From: a virus
DNA: 5,761 nt
Reading direction: 5' to 3' (one strand)
Virus record (IMG/VR): IMGVR_UViG_3300022758_000104
Location: 1 to 5,761 of that record
The notes beneath the pieces were generated by a model, which had not been told where the DNA came from, made no database searches, and saw only the letters and a list, made by a program, of their open reading frames with translations. The translations under genes were made by a program, and so were the position numbers. Positions within the stretch are counted from its first letter, which is position 1, and each line of letters opens with the position of its first letter. This document shows, piece by piece, positions 5,307 through 5,761 of the stretch.

Positions 5307-5761
5307 AAATAAAAAATACTCAGCCAAGTATATATACTTGATAGTTACTTGGCTGAGTGACACCAGAGCTAAAAAACGCCCCTTTGCTTTGGACATCTTC
5401 TTCTTCATGGCTGCTTCTTTATCGGCTAGTTGTTCGGCATACTGTTTGTCAGTTTCCATGTTTCTTTCAATTAGGGACGCGATGGCTTTTTCTTGTCGAT
5501 ACTTCTTAATTCTCCACGCCTTTTCAGGATTTTCTGCTTCCAGCTTTCGCCAATAATATTCTGGAATGGCTGCTCTCTTGCCGTTTGTCAGCTGGATGTA
5601 CCCCTGCTGCCAGAGTCTTTCTTGGTTCTTCTGGAACCATTCGTCTCCGAGTCCTGGCTTTCGGCTCATTACGCAGAATGGCGGTATGAGTCCCATTTTC
5701 CTGTACTTGTCTTTGTCGTTTCCGTACAGCTTCTTGGTCACATATCCAGCTACGTAGTTAT
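5301..5761 (-). CDS. VP4: Replication initiation protein VP4, C-terminal part. Bases 5693-5761 duplicate 1-69; the stop codon is at 5303-5301.
   Basis: The ORF track protein ...KLYGNDKDKYRKMGLIPPFCVMSRKPGLGDEWFQKNQERLWQQGYIQLTNGKRAAIPEYYWRKLEAENPEKAW... matches the conserved C-terminal region of Microviridae Rep proteins. It is in frame with the N-terminal part across the 5692/1 junction, giving about 362 aa in total. The last ~25 aa (RFLALVSLSQVTIKYIYLAEYFLFC) are translated through a terminator hairpin and may be artefactual. Confidence 0.8.
   Translation of the reverse strand, partial: NYVAGYVTKKLYGNDKDKYRKMGLIPPFCVMSRKPGLGDEWFQKNQERLWQQGYIQLTNGKRAAIPEYYWRKLEAENPEKAWRIKKYRQEKAIASLIERNMETDKQYAEQLADKEAAMKKKMSKAKGRFLALVSLSQVTIKYIYLAEYFLFC
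5311..5357 (-). terminator. Intrinsic terminator after VP4: a 12-bp stem (CTCAGCCAAGTA/TACTTGGCTGAG) and 15-nt loop, followed by UAUUUUUUAUUUUGUU.
   Basis: Minus strand reads CTCAGCCAAGTAactatcaagtatataTACTTGGCTGAGtattttttattttgttga. The stem is at plus 5319-5330 and 5346-5357, and the U-tract is at 5303-5318. It overlaps the annotated VP4 3' end. Confidence 0.6.
5693..5761. repeat. Terminal redundancy: an exact 69-bp duplicate of window positions 1-69. It is an artefact of linearising a circular genome, not a biological repeat.
   Basis: Direct comparison of the two window ends shows identical strings: ccattttcctgtacttgtctttgtcgtttccgtacagcttcttggtcacatatccagctacgtagttat. Confidence 0.95.

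Larger units (their letters stand above)
1..5692 (-). other. Complete circular Microviridae genome unit (gokushovirus-like ssDNA phage). All genes are on the minus strand.
   Basis: Window bases 5693-5761 are identical to bases 1-69, so the window is a circular sequence with a 69-bp overlap and a 5692-bp unit. Gene content is VP1, VP2, VP3, VP4 and a J-like protein, all on one strand, and the size is typical for Microviridae. Confidence 0.85.

Noticed and set aside
5331-5345. ACTTGATAG in the loop of the post-Rep hairpin on the plus strand, resembling the phiX174 origin nick site ACTTG/ATA.
   Set aside because: The motif is on the complement of the viral (mRNA-sense) strand, and the phiX A protein nicks the viral strand. 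An 8-mer match has about a 0.2 chance somewhere in this genome, so it is probably coincidence. It would only matter if the packaged strand were the opposite of what gene polarity implies.
228-5757. All 12 plus-strand ORFs in the track (e.g. 228..434, 441..659, 625..828, 941..1204, 1898..2428, 2398..2622, 3629..3832, 4097..4507, 4560..4772, 5251..5556, 5566..5757).
   Set aside because: Each lies antisense to a well-supported minus-strand gene, or in the noncoding region for 4560..4772. Their translations are low-complexity Cys/Leu/Ser/Phe-rich strings typical of antisense reading, and none has a convincing RBS. Microviridae encode all genes on one strand.

Overview
The window is a complete, circularly permuted genome of a gokushovirus-like Microviridae ssDNA phage. 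Bases 5693-5761 repeat bases 1-69 exactly, which gives a genome unit of 5692 bp. All credible genes lie on the minus strand, which is therefore the viral (mRNA-sense) strand. Running from high to low coordinates, the gene order is: replication initiator VP4 (wraps the window ends) | about 490 bp of noncoding control region | 68-aa Cys-rich ORF | 75-aa ORF | 39-aa basic J/VP8-like protein | 32-aa transmembrane peptide | 78-aa ORF | scaffold VP3 | major capsid VP1 | pilot protein VP2 | VP4 again. Most genes have canonical AGGAG-type ribosome-binding sites, and neighbouring genes often overlap at stop/start codons. There are four main observations. First, three 1-nt frame disruptions sit at short homopolymer runs, two in VP1 and one 3 nt after the VP4 start codon. 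They are most simply explained as sequencing or assembly errors, or else a defective genome copy. Second, the noncoding region between the VP4 stop and the first small gene carries at least nine exact copies of the heptamer TTCAACA within 280 bp. It also has a GC-rich cluster of nested palindromes and a GC-rich alternating Pu/Py tract, all set in AT-rich DNA. This is a candidate origin or regulatory iteron array. Third, intrinsic-terminator hairpins lie after VP4, between VP1 and VP2, and inside the 3' end of the 68-aa gene. Fourth, the gene order VP3-VP1-VP2-VP4, with extra small ORFs, differs from the classical gokushovirus order VP1-VP2-VP3. No rRNA, tRNA, CRISPR or transposon-like element is visible.
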